Source: Berkelbacteria bacterium GW2011_GWE1_39_12
Lineage (GTDB): Bacteria > Patescibacteriota > UBA1384 > UBA12157
DNA: 64,000 nucleotides
NCBI GenBank assembly: GCA_001029735.1
Contig: CP011213.1
Span: 76,087-140,086 of the forward strand
Reading direction: 5' to 3'
How positions within the stretch are numbered: position 1 is the stretch's first letter; each line of letters opens with the position of its first letter. The notes beneath the pieces are model-generated. The model worked only from the letters and a program-made list of their open reading frames with translations. It did no database searches and had not been told where the DNA came from. Below, one piece after another: positions 39,101 through 48,209 of this stretch. Position numbers and translations under genes: made by a program.

Positions 39101-41589
39101 GGATCATTTGCCAATTCAGTAAGTAAGTCGCGGCAATTTATATCATCAAATTCCACAAATCTTTTAAAAAGTAACCGAACAATGACAGGATTTGAAGATT
39201 TAACTTCGGAAAGTCTCGTTCGAAATTCCTTAGATTGTAAATATTCGCGACACACTCGACTATCGCTGCCCAAAGCATTAAAGCCCATTAACAAATGATT
39301 CAACTGTTTTGGATTCAATTCATCGTTATAGTTTATGGCTTCTTCCAGCATTTTCTGTAAAGAATCATCAAATTTTAACCGTTCTTCACCGGAAAGATCT
39401 TCTATTACTGCGGTTCGAAGGTCTGTTGACGCATGTGCGATTTTATCTAAGATGAGTTCGTGATTTTCGCGATCGTCTATAAGATAGCCTGTAAGCATGT
39501 CCATTGCCTTCGTTTCACATTTTCCTATTCTTGCTGTAAGCATATCAGCGATCTCTGGGTCAAAATCCATTGTTCTGATAACTTCATAAGCTTCATCTGG
39601 CACATTTTCCATTCGTCCAATCACCGACATGTAAAATGGTAGCTCTTGTGCATTTACACTTTTAAGCATGTGGACCAATATTTGATCAAGTTTTTCCTGA
39701 ACTAAAGCGGCTCCATCGCCAGTTTCATTTTCAGAGTTAGCGCTTGTCCAGTTTCTAAAATCATTTGGTCGAGTTTTAATTATCTTAAATAACTCCATTA
39801 AACCTGGGATATTTTCTTCCGATAGCTTTTCTAAATCACTATCAGAAAATGATAAAACATAACGAACGAGATCATTATTTTCCCCGCTGTCACCCTTACT
39901 ACTTCGGCCTAAAAAGGGATGAATCCCTTGGTAGTTAAAATTGTAAGCATTTAAAATGGTGTAAGGCACGATTTTGGGCTCGTGAAAAGCAAAAAGATTT
40001 CTACCTGGTTTTAGTCGACTATCTTCATTTTGATCTTGTAGGTCAAGGAACCGTTTCAAAGATCTCTCCGCTAAAAATTTTTCTACACTATCTAGCTGAT
40101 CCTGTCCAAAGTGCTCAATAATCATTGGCTCATTTGCAAATATCGCCCATTTTTCAGTGTCGATTTCACCTTCCAAGTTATTAATAAACTTCCCAGTCTC
40201 TTCAGAGCCAATAAAACTTCTCAGTTTTTTAATCCGATCTTGCATCTCCTTGTAGTGATCGTATCCCAAGACTTCAAAAGCCACTTCTTCGGCTTGCTCT
40301 AAGTCTATTTCATATGTCTCAAAAACCTCTGAAAATTCCAAGAGACGATCGAAATTCGCAACCAACATAGAAAATTTTTTGAATTCTTCATCTGCCGCCT
40401 TTTCTGGTCTCCCTACAGTATGTATTTTATCCGCGATATCATAACACTGGTCTACGTGATGTGCCCTAAGTCTGCGTTCTAATTCGCTAACTTTATTTTT
40501 CATCTCTTCGGCTCGGCTGGCCATTGCAGTACTTTCTTCTCTTGGCATATCTTTGGAATAATAATAAGAAGGCCTAAAGTCTGTTGCATAAGCTTGAGAT
40601 AAGATAGCAACAACCTCATTTTTCAGCTCTTCATCCACTTCGTCGGAGTCTGCAACAAGCCTTTCGGCGAAAGCAACGTCTAATTGATCCATCTCCTCTT
40701 TGGATAGTTGGACATCTACGGGCGCATCTGTTTCGATTTCAATCAATTTTTCTTCAATTTCTGAAACCAATTTTTCATAAACAGATCTGGATAATCGACT
40801 AAAATTGTCTCCAATAAGGCGCCGCTCCGAATCCATATTTGGCACATATGCGAATGGCTGACGAGCGGTATTTAGGTCGGAAATTTGCTGTGAATCATTC
40901 ATTAGAGACTGGATTTTATCTCTTAAAACAGGAATTTCTCGTTTTTTTCCAATGACTGGCTTAAGTAAATCGCCAATCAAAAAAAATAAATTTCCGGTCT
41001 TAACATTGAGCTCGTGTCGCGTATCAAAAATTTCATTGCTTTTTCTACTTTCAGCCACATGAAGATCTTCTATACTTTCATAGCCACTTTCGGCAAGTTG
41101 AACTTTCCGGAATTTTGTTGTTAGATCGCCTACTGCTTGACGAATTGATTCGAGTTTTACATAAGAGTCATTGTATCTTTCTTGTAGCAATTTTATGGAA
41201 AGCAAAATTTTATTTAACTGTTCTAAATTAAGATCGGAACTATTTAGATATTCATTAACCTGGCTGCCTACTTCTTCGGACATTTGGGCCATTACAGCTT
41301 TCTTTTTCCCTGAATCCTCTTCTAACCTCTTAAGTTCTTGTTCGATTAAGTCAGTTGAGGTAAAACCATCCAATGGTATTTCTTCCATATCAGTACTACT
41401 TAGCCAACTCAAAAGGCGATTTTGTCCATATCTAACTTCAGTCAAAAATTTGATTGCGTCTCGAAGCTTCTGCTTTTCAATCTGTTCTTCATTTGAATCT
41501 AAATTTTCCCGAACTTCAACTTCGTTTACAATTTCAGGATTATTAGGCAACAAAGCTTCTTGGTCTTCTTTTACTTCTTCGATCCCCAT
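36121..41589 (-). CDS. Very large acidic, helical hypothetical protein (1822 aa)
   Basis: Uninterrupted 5.5-kb ORF with AAGGA RBS; no recognisable family. Confidence 0.85.
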   Translation of the reverse strand: MGIEEVKEDQEALLPNNPEIVNEVEVRENLDSNEEQIEKQKLRDAIKFLTEVRYGQNRLLSWLSSTDMEEIPLDGFTSTDLIEQELKRLEEDSGKKKAVMAQMSEEVGSQVNEYLNSSDLNLEQLNKILLSIKLLQERYNDSYVKLESIRQAVGDLTTKFRKVQLAESGYESIEDLHVAESRKSNEIFDTRHELNVKTGNLFFLIGDLLKPVIGKKREIPVLRDKIQSLMNDSQQISDLNTARQPFAYVPNMDSERRLIGDNFSRLSRSVYEKLVSEIEEKLIEIETDAPVDVQLSKEEMDQLDVAFAERLVADSDEVDEELKNEVVAILSQAYATDFRPSYYYSKDMPREESTAMASRAEEMKNKVSELERRLRAHHVDQCYDIADKIHTVGRPEKAADEEFKKFSMLVANFDRLLEFSEVFETYEIDLEQAEEVAFEVLGYDHYKEMQDRIKKLRSFIGSEETGKFINNLEGEIDTEKWAIFANEPMIIEHFGQDQLDSVEKFLAERSLKRFLDLQDQNEDSRLKPGRNLFAFHEPKIVPYTILNAYNFNYQGIHPFLGRSSKGDSGENNDLVRYVLSFSDSDLEKLSEENIPGLMELFKIIKTRPNDFRNWTSANSENETGDGAALVQEKLDQILVHMLKSVNAQELPFYMSVIGRMENVPDEAYEVIRTMDFDPEIADMLTARIGKCETKAMDMLTGYLIDDRENHELILDKIAHASTDLRTAVIEDLSGEERLKFDDSLQKMLEEAINYNDELNPKQLNHLLMGFNALGSDSRVCREYLQSKEFRTRLSEVKSSNPVIVRLLFKRFVEFDDINCRDLLTELANDPTNSETERKRISKFMNDQLKTPQIIREYSSGKNDLYKKSVDEVIQWLQKGGNVSRQAAEIFENYASEFAKGDLSPEGLSQLQNEILPLMLSSDDPEIGHYALQIAGYLDINLEDKAERITNIYSKKSSNGTWSHNRSLASIADESVIYSGQQVCQIVGSIDANDLLDGVQRYLVYKFLDQGFRLEDDGAKLSVLMEVFLAGKHWQSKIQLYDQPLNEQSWREYLGAYLQIEETEKFDPATLERVTEMFSHEENKAFILEKFQKLYATTLSELSEGRVPFSANLLSELIKSNGGAGPLKYVEAMSNLIYQLKNTWRKESTADRSRSEILQLLQNQEERFVKEKWLEDEKAAFYNISADIVQASPALYSNFGEVIAQLSPKEMKEFNSELLPFYQAQLVVIQKENSFGQIEYNARELVQIRHTLENILASRSQGLPSTEVFQAQKNEIIENMKSNFKQRFGLLKIPDQMDREKIRSMQDIIRYMGNLNDRDTGKERLLSFFLGLMINDQWKTFRENGEIDPSEYFEGDNLTEIQNYLSDRKSSNPITAENLGIGEERLSEFQEILQDETISQMIGNVETIDVKLGNITRAIEDLKDEDAYPEEKDKQTLRLYQTYDKMVGSTLAKTFQELTGKNPEFSSEERQVQQELKNIFSITDWTPEQVKQIQDQTRSINLIVRSIKNIERMGINESIAELQRRLQPSEEVVSIFRKLGEEFTVHSGALALSQDLSYLENIIVKSDDKLDQSDHMVLQNYLNSIRDQMATMDQSLSQIQNQLGQIRQSIGSSHNEILSQRLDEIDHLISSKQNSIEIISRATNNMNLIVENMRQCLGCMSKECNNDTNLTFGDSGKFYLMSQSERQEGSIADEIVLLAPITLDDGTKQMTFMMDGLYGLKSSDVLFGHINCLMKKVRQIKEKFPEAKISIFVTDSAIGSAGMAADVLAEKLSDMEQKPNISMVEKATVDIVRSASGDHYIEVGGGSGARGVGPRILDGILVN

Positions 41590-41606
41590 TAATTCCTTTT
41601 TTGAGT

Positions 41607-42788
41607 TTAAGCTTTTAGTTTTTCAACAATCTCGTCCAATTTTATTCCTCTTGAGGCTTTGATTAAAATCAAATCACTTGGATTGATATTTTTCAACAAA
41701 AATTCTACTGCGTCTTCCTTTGAAATAAAATATTCTTGAGCATTATACCTCTTTGCTGCTTCCCCTACCGCAATCACCAAATCAGCTGTTTCTTTGGCTA
41801 ATATGCCAATTTCAGCATGTTCTTCATCGCTAATGTGCCCGATTTCTTTCATTTCGCCTAAAACAACAATTTTGCGGCCAGATGACGGTAGGCTTTTTAA
41901 GGTTGATAATGCCGCTTTCATGCTCTGTGGATTAGCATTATACGAATCATCAATGATAGTTGTATTAATTTTTCCCTTCAGGACCTGCATACGGTGTTTT
42001 TCATTTCTATTCATCGATAGTCCATGAACAATATCATCGATGTTCATTTCATAAATTAAGCCAACCGCTGCTGCCGCCAACGCAGCCGAAACATTAGCAA
42101 TATTTCCCAGAGTTTTCTGGGTCACAGGTACTTTTAGACCATTATATTTGATTTCAAATGATGTCTGACCGTCAAAATCTTCTATTTTAGTTTCTATTTT
42201 TTCAGCCATAAGATCCGCTGGAACTTTTACCGAATAGCTTTTCTTTTTATGTGCTTCTTTTTGATAAATCAATTGGCATGTTTCAGTGTCAGCGTTTATC
42301 ACTGCAATACCATTTTCATCTAGAGCTTTAAAAATCGAAGTTTTTTCTTCAATAATTTTTTCCATTGTGCCAAATTTTACCAAATGTGATGGACCGATCG
42401 CCGTTAAGACGGCAACTTTCGGCTTAACAAATGAGGTTAAATATTTGATATCGCCGGGTTTGTCGGCAGCCAATTCTAAAACCAAAATCTTAACCGTCTT
42501 CTGAGTAAAGCGTCTGAAAGGAACCAATATCAAAACGCCTAACCAGCCAAGTGCATTATTCGGCGATTTATCAAAACCTAGGACAGCCAATGGAACACCA
42601 GTCTCGGTATTTAAATTACCGGTAGATTTTCGAACATCGTCGCCGAATCTTACTTTCAAAACTTCAAAAATAGCTTCTTTGGCAGAAGTTTTTCCCACAG
42701 AACCTGTAATTGCGACTATCTCCGGCTTGGTGCGTTTAAGGTAGCCTGTAGCCCAAAATTTAAGATAAGAAAAAATAAGTTTTTGCAT
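41607..42788 (-). CDS. murF: Mur ligase, MurF-type (lacks N-terminal domain)
   Basis: TGSVGKTS, DDSYNANPQSM, LGEMKEIG, KASRG; promoter TTGACC-17-TATACT upstream. Confidence 0.9.
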   Translation of the reverse strand: MQKLIFSYLKFWATGYLKRTKPEIVAITGSVGKTSAKEAIFEVLKVRFGDDVRKSTGNLNTETGVPLAVLGFDKSPNNALGWLGVLILVPFRRFTQKTVKILVLELAADKPGDIKYLTSFVKPKVAVLTAIGPSHLVKFGTMEKIIEEKTSIFKALDENGIAVINADTETCQLIYQKEAHKKKSYSVKVPADLMAEKIETKIEDFDGQTSFEIKYNGLKVPVTQKTLGNIANVSAALAAAAVGLIYEMNIDDIVHGLSMNRNEKHRMQVLKGKINTTIIDDSYNANPQSMKAALSTLKSLPSSGRKIVVLGEMKEIGHISDEEHAEIGILAKETADLVIAVGEAAKRYNAQEYFISKEDAVEFLLKNINPSDLILIKASRGIKLDEIVEKLKA

Positions 42789-42858
42789 TGCTGATATTAG
42801 TATAATCGCTTGCTTCGCCATGGTCAACGAAAATTTTTTTGTATTTAAAAAGGCAGCT

Positions 42859-43152
42859 TTACACTGCCTGTTTCATAGCAAGTTGTTTCGAAAAATACGG
42901 ATTTTTCTTTCGATAATTATCTATGTTAATTGCTCCGATGGAAGCACTGGTTTGCTCGTCGGCACAAACAATCATAAGATAATCGTCGATCATTTTGGTT
43001 AGAGTATCTTTGCTAGTTCTGTAACGATCATGAAGATCCTCAGGCATCTGTCTGACAAGATCGGCTGCACTGAAGACTTCTCCAATAGGCATATCAGCCA
43101 GCTTATTATCAACCATTAACTCCAGCGTTCTTAACCTTTTACCTTTAACCAT
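42859..43152 (-). CDS. Hypothetical protein with own promoter and terminator inside dcw cluster
   Basis: GGAGG RBS, TTGACT-17-TATAAT at about 43185-43213, terminator aggcag..ctgcct-T run. Confidence 0.65.
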   Translation of the reverse strand: MVKGKRLRTLELMVDNKLADMPIGEVFSAADLVRQMPEDLHDRYRTSKDTLTKMIDDYLMIVCADEQTSASIGAINIDNYRKKNPYFSKQLAMKQAV

Positions 43153-43216
43153 CAAGACGCCTCCAAAAAACAATATCAGTGATATTATAGGCTAAAGAGA
43201 ACGAAAAGTCAATCTA

Positions 43217-44914
43217 TTATTGAGTCTTTGGAATATTATAGTAGTCTAATAACCATCTGGCAATTTCACCGAAGGTTGGTGCAGCCGAACTTTCTGCCCA
43301 ATCAACATTTTTTGGATTATCTAATCGAACGACCATGGCAAATTTTGGATCATGGGCCGGAGCAAAACCGACAAAAGATCCGATGTGTCGATCATCATAG
43401 TAGCCGCCCCCTGGTTTTGGCACTTGGGCTGTCCCCGTCTTACCGGCAACTTCATAACCCTGAACTGCTGCTCTTTTCCCGTGACCATTAACTACGACAG
43501 AGATCATCATATCGACAGTTTTGTTTGCTGTTTCTTCACTTAAAACTTCGGCAATTTCTTTTGGCTTGCGGATATCTTCTTTATTGGAATAGTCGATCGA
43601 TTTTGAAACAATGTATGGCTGCATCAATTTGCCTTTATTCGCCAAAGAGGCTGTTGCACTTAAAATCTGCAAAGGCGTGGATGTTAAACCTTGACCAAAT
43701 GTCACAGTAGCCCTTTGGACATCAGACCATTTTTTGGAATCACTCAAATCCCCAGGGCTTTCAGTATCCAATTCAATACCTGTCTTTCGGCCAAATCCAA
43801 AACTTTTAAAATATTTATAGATAGAATCTTTTCCCAAGAGTTCGGAAATCCACACCATTGCAACATTGTCGGAATTTTCCAGAACTTGAGTCATGGTTTC
43901 TTTACCATAAGCTTTGTTTGTTGAGGTATGGATCTTGTAACCGTTCACTGCTACTTCACTGCCAAAAACTTCTGTCGTATCTGGCTGAATCTTGTTTTCA
44001 TTTATTGCTGCGGCCATTGCAAAGGGTTTGAAAACCGAACCAGGCTCCCAAGCATTGTTAATCGCCGCATTATTGAACAAAGATTGATCAGTAACTTTAC
44101 TAGCGTTATTAGAGTCATAGGTAGGATAATTTGCCATAGCAAGAATTGCGCCAGTTTTCGGATCAGAAATAGCGATAGAACCAGAATCAGCTTTATATTT
44201 TTCCACAGATTCCTTCAATACCTGCTCGACTTCATATTGAATATCATGATTGATGGTTAAGACATAGTTCGTGCCATTTCGAGCGTCAAGTGTTGAATTG
44301 ATGCCAATAACATTACCTTTCGTATCTTGTTCGCCATATGTCTCTCCACCGACGCCTTTAAGCTCATTGTTAAAATATCCTTCAACGCCATAATGGCCGT
44401 CCCCTTGAGCATCAACGAAACCCAAAACCTGACTTGCTAACTCGCCTTCTGGATACAATCGAATACTTTGAGGCATAACCGTAACACCGCTTATTTTTAA
44501 ATCGGCAACTTTCTGCCCTTCTTCTTCGGAAATTTTCTTTTTGATTGGCGGCACATAGTACTTATCATTATTTATAGTTTTAAATAGTTCTTTCTCATCC
44601 ATTCCCAAGAGAGGAGCAATTTTTTTTGCAGCTGTATCTTTATCTTTTATTTGACGGGGTACTGCAAGTACTTGATACATTCGTGAGTTAGTGGCAGCTG
44701 GAAACATATCGGAGAAATAGATATTACCACGAAGAGCTGGCGTATCATGCTTAACCATATATTGATTTTCAGCTTGGGCTGCATATGCACTATGTTGTAC
44801 TATCTGTTTTTGAAAAAGTCTATAACCCAGGGAAAAAGCAATCAACACGAAAATCGCCCCAACAATTTGAATTCTTTTATGAAATTCTTTTGTCCCGTAG
44901 GAATTTGTAGGCAT
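43217..44914 (-). CDS. ftsI: Class B penicillin-binding protein (FtsI/PBP2 family)
   Basis: EPGSVFK, SDN, KTGTAQ; follows ftsL. Confidence 0.9.
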   Translation of the reverse strand: MPTNSYGTKEFHKRIQIVGAIFVLIAFSLGYRLFQKQIVQHSAYAAQAENQYMVKHDTPALRGNIYFSDMFPAATNSRMYQVLAVPRQIKDKDTAAKKIAPLLGMDEKELFKTINNDKYYVPPIKKKISEEEGQKVADLKISGVTVMPQSIRLYPEGELASQVLGFVDAQGDGHYGVEGYFNNELKGVGGETYGEQDTKGNVIGINSTLDARNGTNYVLTINHDIQYEVEQVLKESVEKYKADSGSIAISDPKTGAILAMANYPTYDSNNASKVTDQSLFNNAAINNAWEPGSVFKPFAMAAAINENKIQPDTTEVFGSEVAVNGYKIHTSTNKAYGKETMTQVLENSDNVAMVWISELLGKDSIYKYFKSFGFGRKTGIELDTESPGDLSDSKKWSDVQRATVTFGQGLTSTPLQILSATASLANKGKLMQPYIVSKSIDYSNKEDIRKPKEIAEVLSEETANKTVDMMISVVVNGHGKRAAVQGYEVAGKTGTAQVPKPGGGYYDDRHIGSFVGFAPAHDPKFAMVVRLDNPKNVDWAESSAAPTFGEIARWLLDYYNIPKTQ

Positions 44915-44921
44915 AGTGTAT

Positions 44922-45233
44922 TTAATTACTTGAATCAGCGACTAGTCCTAAGCTGCCAGAACTATTTTTAATTTCATTCAAAGACTTTAATCTAACTGCT
45001 TCTACTTCCAAATCTTTGCCTTGAGCTTCCAATTGAGATGCTTGAGATGAAAGTTGCATGATTTGGTATTTTTGTGCTGCGCCCTGAGTGCTTTGCGCTA
45101 AATAGAAAAGAGCGCCAACAGCAATTAAAGCAATTGAAATAAATTTCAAAGATAAAGGACCGATTTTAATTTCTTTTTTAATAGTACGTTTGCGATATCC
45201 TGGTTCCCAGCTATTGGTTTGAGTCATTAACAT
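44922..45233 (-). CDS. ftsL: FtsL-like protein
   Basis: Short TM plus coiled coil between rsmH and ftsI. Confidence 0.65.
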   Translation of the reverse strand: MLMTQTNSWEPGYRKRTIKKEIKIGPLSLKFISIALIAVGALFYLAQSTQGAAQKYQIMQLSSQASQLEAQGKDLEVEAVRLKSLNEIKNSSGSLGLVADSSN

Positions 45234-45259
45234 TTACCCTCCTAAAGATAAATAGATTA

Positions 45260-45388
45260 TATTTTCGCCAGAAAATTCCGCGGCAAGCTTCAAGCTTGAC
45301 TATATTTTACAGAAATTCCTTGTCGAGCTTCAACTTGACTATATTTCGTCGGAAAATTCCGTGTCGAGCTTTGGCTTGACTATATTTT
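45260..45388 (-). repeat. Three tandem ~40-bp units (aaatata-gtcaag hairpin-GGAATTT)
   Basis: Plus-strand cttgactatattt occurs three times about 40 nt apart, each preceded by aaattcc. Confidence 0.9.
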
Positions 45389-46258
45389 TATGGCCGCTCG
45401 AACTTTTGCTGAGCGAGCCGACGGATTGATCTGAATTTCTTCTTCAGTAGCGATAATTGGCTTAGGGGTTAAAACCTCTAAATCCGGTCGTTCGCGTAAG
45501 AAATTTTTTACAATCCTATCTTCCAATGAATGAAAGGTAATAACTACCAATCTTCCACCAGGAGATAATATTGAAACCGCTTGCGGCAAAACGCTTTTTA
45601 AATTTTCCAATTCTTTATTGACGGCCATCCGCAACGCACGGAAAGTGCCAGTAGCAAAATGAGTTTTTTGCTTAAATCGATAAGATGGCGGCGTTGATTG
45701 GCGAATAATTTCGACTAACTGATCTGTTGTTTCAATTGATTCTTTGTTTCGAACGTCTACAATTTTTCTGGCAATTTGCTTTGCGAATCTTTCTTCGCCA
45801 TCGAATAATATTTGAACTATTTCTCTTTCAGGAAATTTGTTTAAAATATCAGAGGCTGTAGTTTGAATTTTAGCATCGAGTCTCATATCTAAAGGTGCAC
45901 TACCTCTGAAACTTAAACCCAGTTCTTCAGATTTCAACTGATCGGTGTTCGGCCCAAGATCAATCAGTATACCCGAGACTTCATTCTTTTCCGGCCATTT
46001 TCTAATAATTAAGCCAATTTCGTTAAAGTTATCTTGGACTATTTCAAATCGATTGCCAAAAGAAGCCAAATTTTCATTTGCTTCGGCAATTGCCCGAAAG
46101 TCCTGTTCCACAGCTAGTAATTTGCCGTTAGGCGCTGTTTTTTTAAGGATCTCGCTCGCGTGTCCACCGTGACCTAATGTTAAATCGATAAAGTGTTCAT
46201 TTGATTGAGGGGCAAGGGTTTTAATAACTTCTTCTTTTAAGACTGGAATGTGTTTCAT
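45380..46258 (-). CDS. rsmH: 16S rRNA m4C1402 methyltransferase
   Basis: HIPVL, TLGHGGH, LDMR, FHSLEDR, NPSARSAK. Confidence 0.96.
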   Translation of the reverse strand: MKHIPVLKEEVIKTLAPQSNEHFIDLTLGHGGHASEILKKTAPNGKLLAVEQDFRAIAEANENLASFGNRFEIVQDNFNEIGLIIRKWPEKNEVSGILIDLGPNTDQLKSEELGLSFRGSAPLDMRLDAKIQTTASDILNKFPEREIVQILFDGEERFAKQIARKIVDVRNKESIETTDQLVEIIRQSTPPSYRFKQKTHFATGTFRALRMAVNKELENLKSVLPQAVSILSPGGRLVVITFHSLEDRIVKNFLRERPDLEVLTPKPIIATEEEIQINPSARSAKVRAAIKI

Positions 46259-46451
46259 ATTTGTCAGAAATTCCGCGAAAAGTACTCTTTTGTTGCGTAC
46301 TTTCATTAGTTATTTGGGACTAGCAGCCAGTGCCCCTCCTTAGATAAATCCCAATTTTGTTTTGCCCCGCCCGGCACATATTGTGACGAGTAGGACGAAT
46401 ATATGATGCAGCCGTAATTTTTGTTTTTACTGGCTGCTAGTCAAACAAGTT

Positions 46452-46883
46452 TCAAATGCCTAGCTCAGACATATGTTTGGCAATCTGATCGGTCGACTTT
46501 TCTGTTTTGGCTTTGTATTCTCTCCAGGTCGATTGATCCCAAATTTCCAAACGGTTAAAAAGTCCTGCAACTACGGCATATTTTTTCAAACCGGCATAAG
46601 CCTTTAAATAACCAGGAAGTAAGATTCTGCCTTGACTATCAAATTCTACTTCCATGGCCCCGGCCAGCATCAGACGAGAAAACGCTCGCGAGTTGGCATC
46701 GGATAAAGGTAAATTAGAAAGTTTCTCGGCGAGTGTCGTCCATTCTTTTTTTGGAAAGAGCCAGAGACAATTATCAATACCGCGAGTTACGACAGCGCCA
46801 CTACCAATATCACGCCGCATTTTAGATGGGACGGCCATTCTCCCCTTTTCATCAATTGCGTGTTCGTACTCTCCAATAAACAT
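46452..46883 (-). CDS. mraZ: Division/cell wall transcriptional repressor MraZ
   Basis: MFIGEY.H.IDEKGR, DSQGRI, RLEIW. Confidence 0.97.
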   Translation of the reverse strand: MFIGEYEHAIDEKGRMAVPSKMRRDIGSGAVVTRGIDNCLWLFPKKEWTTLAEKLSNLPLSDANSRAFSRLMLAGAMEVEFDSQGRILLPGYLKAYAGLKKYAVVAGLFNRLEIWDQSTWREYKAKTEKSTDQIAKHMSELGI

Positions 46884-46890
46884 TGTTAAT

Positions 46891-46940
46891 TTCCCCACAT
46901 TTATCCACCTATCAACACTTCTCTTTCATCTTATGCCACC
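46891..46940 (-). promoter_or_regulatory. Putative MraZ operator (GTGG repeats, 10-nt period)
   Basis: Minus strand gGTGGcataagATGAaagagaAGTGttgatagGTGGataaatGTGGgg directly before mraZ; matches known GTGG-N6 MraZ boxes. Confidence 0.65.
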
Positions 46941-47174
46941 TGTATTTTCCTGTCAAGTACCATTTCCCCACCAAAATAACAGGTTAGAATGTAAACAACT
47001 TCAAAAGGGTGTGGATAAGTCAATAATAATCTGATATTATCTAGCTATTGGACTACATACTCCTGCCCTACCCTTGGGATGCAACAAAAGGAGTCCAATT
47101 AATTAAAAATCAAGGGCCCCAAACTATCCATGTAGTCGAACTGGATAGCAACATCAACTAATTTTGGAGTCAAA

Positions 47175-47381
47175 ATGGACAAAGAAGAAAAACAAAAATT
47201 CTCTCAAGCTATTGAAGAGAATTTATTGGAAAGCGCAAGAAACGACAAGTATCCATTGTGGCGAAGATCGCATTGGGATGAATGGGGCTCACCAGTCGGA
47301 CTAACTATTGCCTGGGCGCTATTCATTATTCCGATCGGAATCACTCTTTGGCTACTTCATCTGGCCAACATCATCCACTAA
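47175..47381 (+). CDS. Small membrane protein
   Basis: GGAG RBS, one TM, terminator aaaaaaacggctc..gagtcgttttttt. Confidence 0.6.
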   Translation: MDKEEKQKFSQAIEENLLESARNDKYPLWRRSHWDEWGSPVGLTIAWALFIIPIGITLWLLHLANIIH

Positions 47382-47481
47382 GATGATTTAAAAAAAACGG
47401 CTCACTCGAGTCGTTTTTTTAAATAAAAACACCCCCGGAGGGGTGTGGATAAGTTATGTTTGAACAAACACTTCGACTGGA

Positions 47482-48135
47482 TTATTCGCCCAGCGAGAGG
47501 TTAACTGACGGCAGATTGGACAAGCCACCAGATTTCGAAACGGCGGCGGCAATGGTAGCGAAAGAACTCAGCGGACTCGTTGCCGGCTGAATCTTGGCTA
47601 GAATAATGGCGAATGCCTGCTCAGGACTGAACTCGGCTTTGATCAGAGCATCGTACTCTGCCTTTTGCATTTCAGCCCGATACTCCATGATTTCGATTGA
47701 AACCGGCTTGAGTTCATTTGCGACCTTCAGACCGATGTCTGCCGGGAGCTTCATCATGGCGGTGATGTCAGGAAGATACGCTTCGATGATCGGTATGAAC
47801 GCCGGCAGCACCTTTTTCACAATTCCAACATAGTCCGTCAGAGCATCGATGTCCCCAGCCATACTCATGACAAGCATTACGATGCCCATTTGCTTTTCCA
47901 AGGTCTCTTTCCTGGCATTCAGTTCTTCGAGGTTTGTCTCCGCGGCTTCTCTCTCATCGTCCGTGAGCTGGACTACTTCAGCGCCTTCTTCTGCCGGCTC
48001 CGGATTCAGTCTGTCGGCGATCTCATCGATCTCCTTGTAGATGCCGTCGTACTCAGTTTGCATTGCTTCGATTACAGTCGCCAAAGCTTCCAATATCGGA
48101 TTCTTCGCGCCTTCGCCTTTGCTTACCTCTGTCAC
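47482..48135 (-). CDS. Acidic coiled-coil hypothetical protein with own promoter
   Basis: TTGACA-17-TATTAT at about 48175-48203; GC-rich codon usage; terminator 47430-47447. Confidence 0.7.
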   Translation of the reverse strand: MTEVSKGEGAKNPILEALATVIEAMQTEYDGIYKEIDEIADRLNPEPAEEGAEVVQLTDDEREAAETNLEELNARKETLEKQMGIVMLVMSMAGDIDALTDYVGIVKKVLPAFIPIIEAYLPDITAMMKLPADIGLKVANELKPVSIEIMEYRAEMQKAEYDALIKAEFSPEQAFAIILAKIQPATSPLSSFATIAAAVSKSGGLSNLPSVNLSLGE

Positions 48136-48209
48136 TGTATAGATCCCCTTTCGAATTGAAGTAACTACTCTGGCATAATAACAAATTATGACTCGGCTGT
48201 CAAATGATA

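Noticed and set aside
45260-45388. CRISPR array
   Set aside because: Three degenerate units without unique spacers; no cas genes
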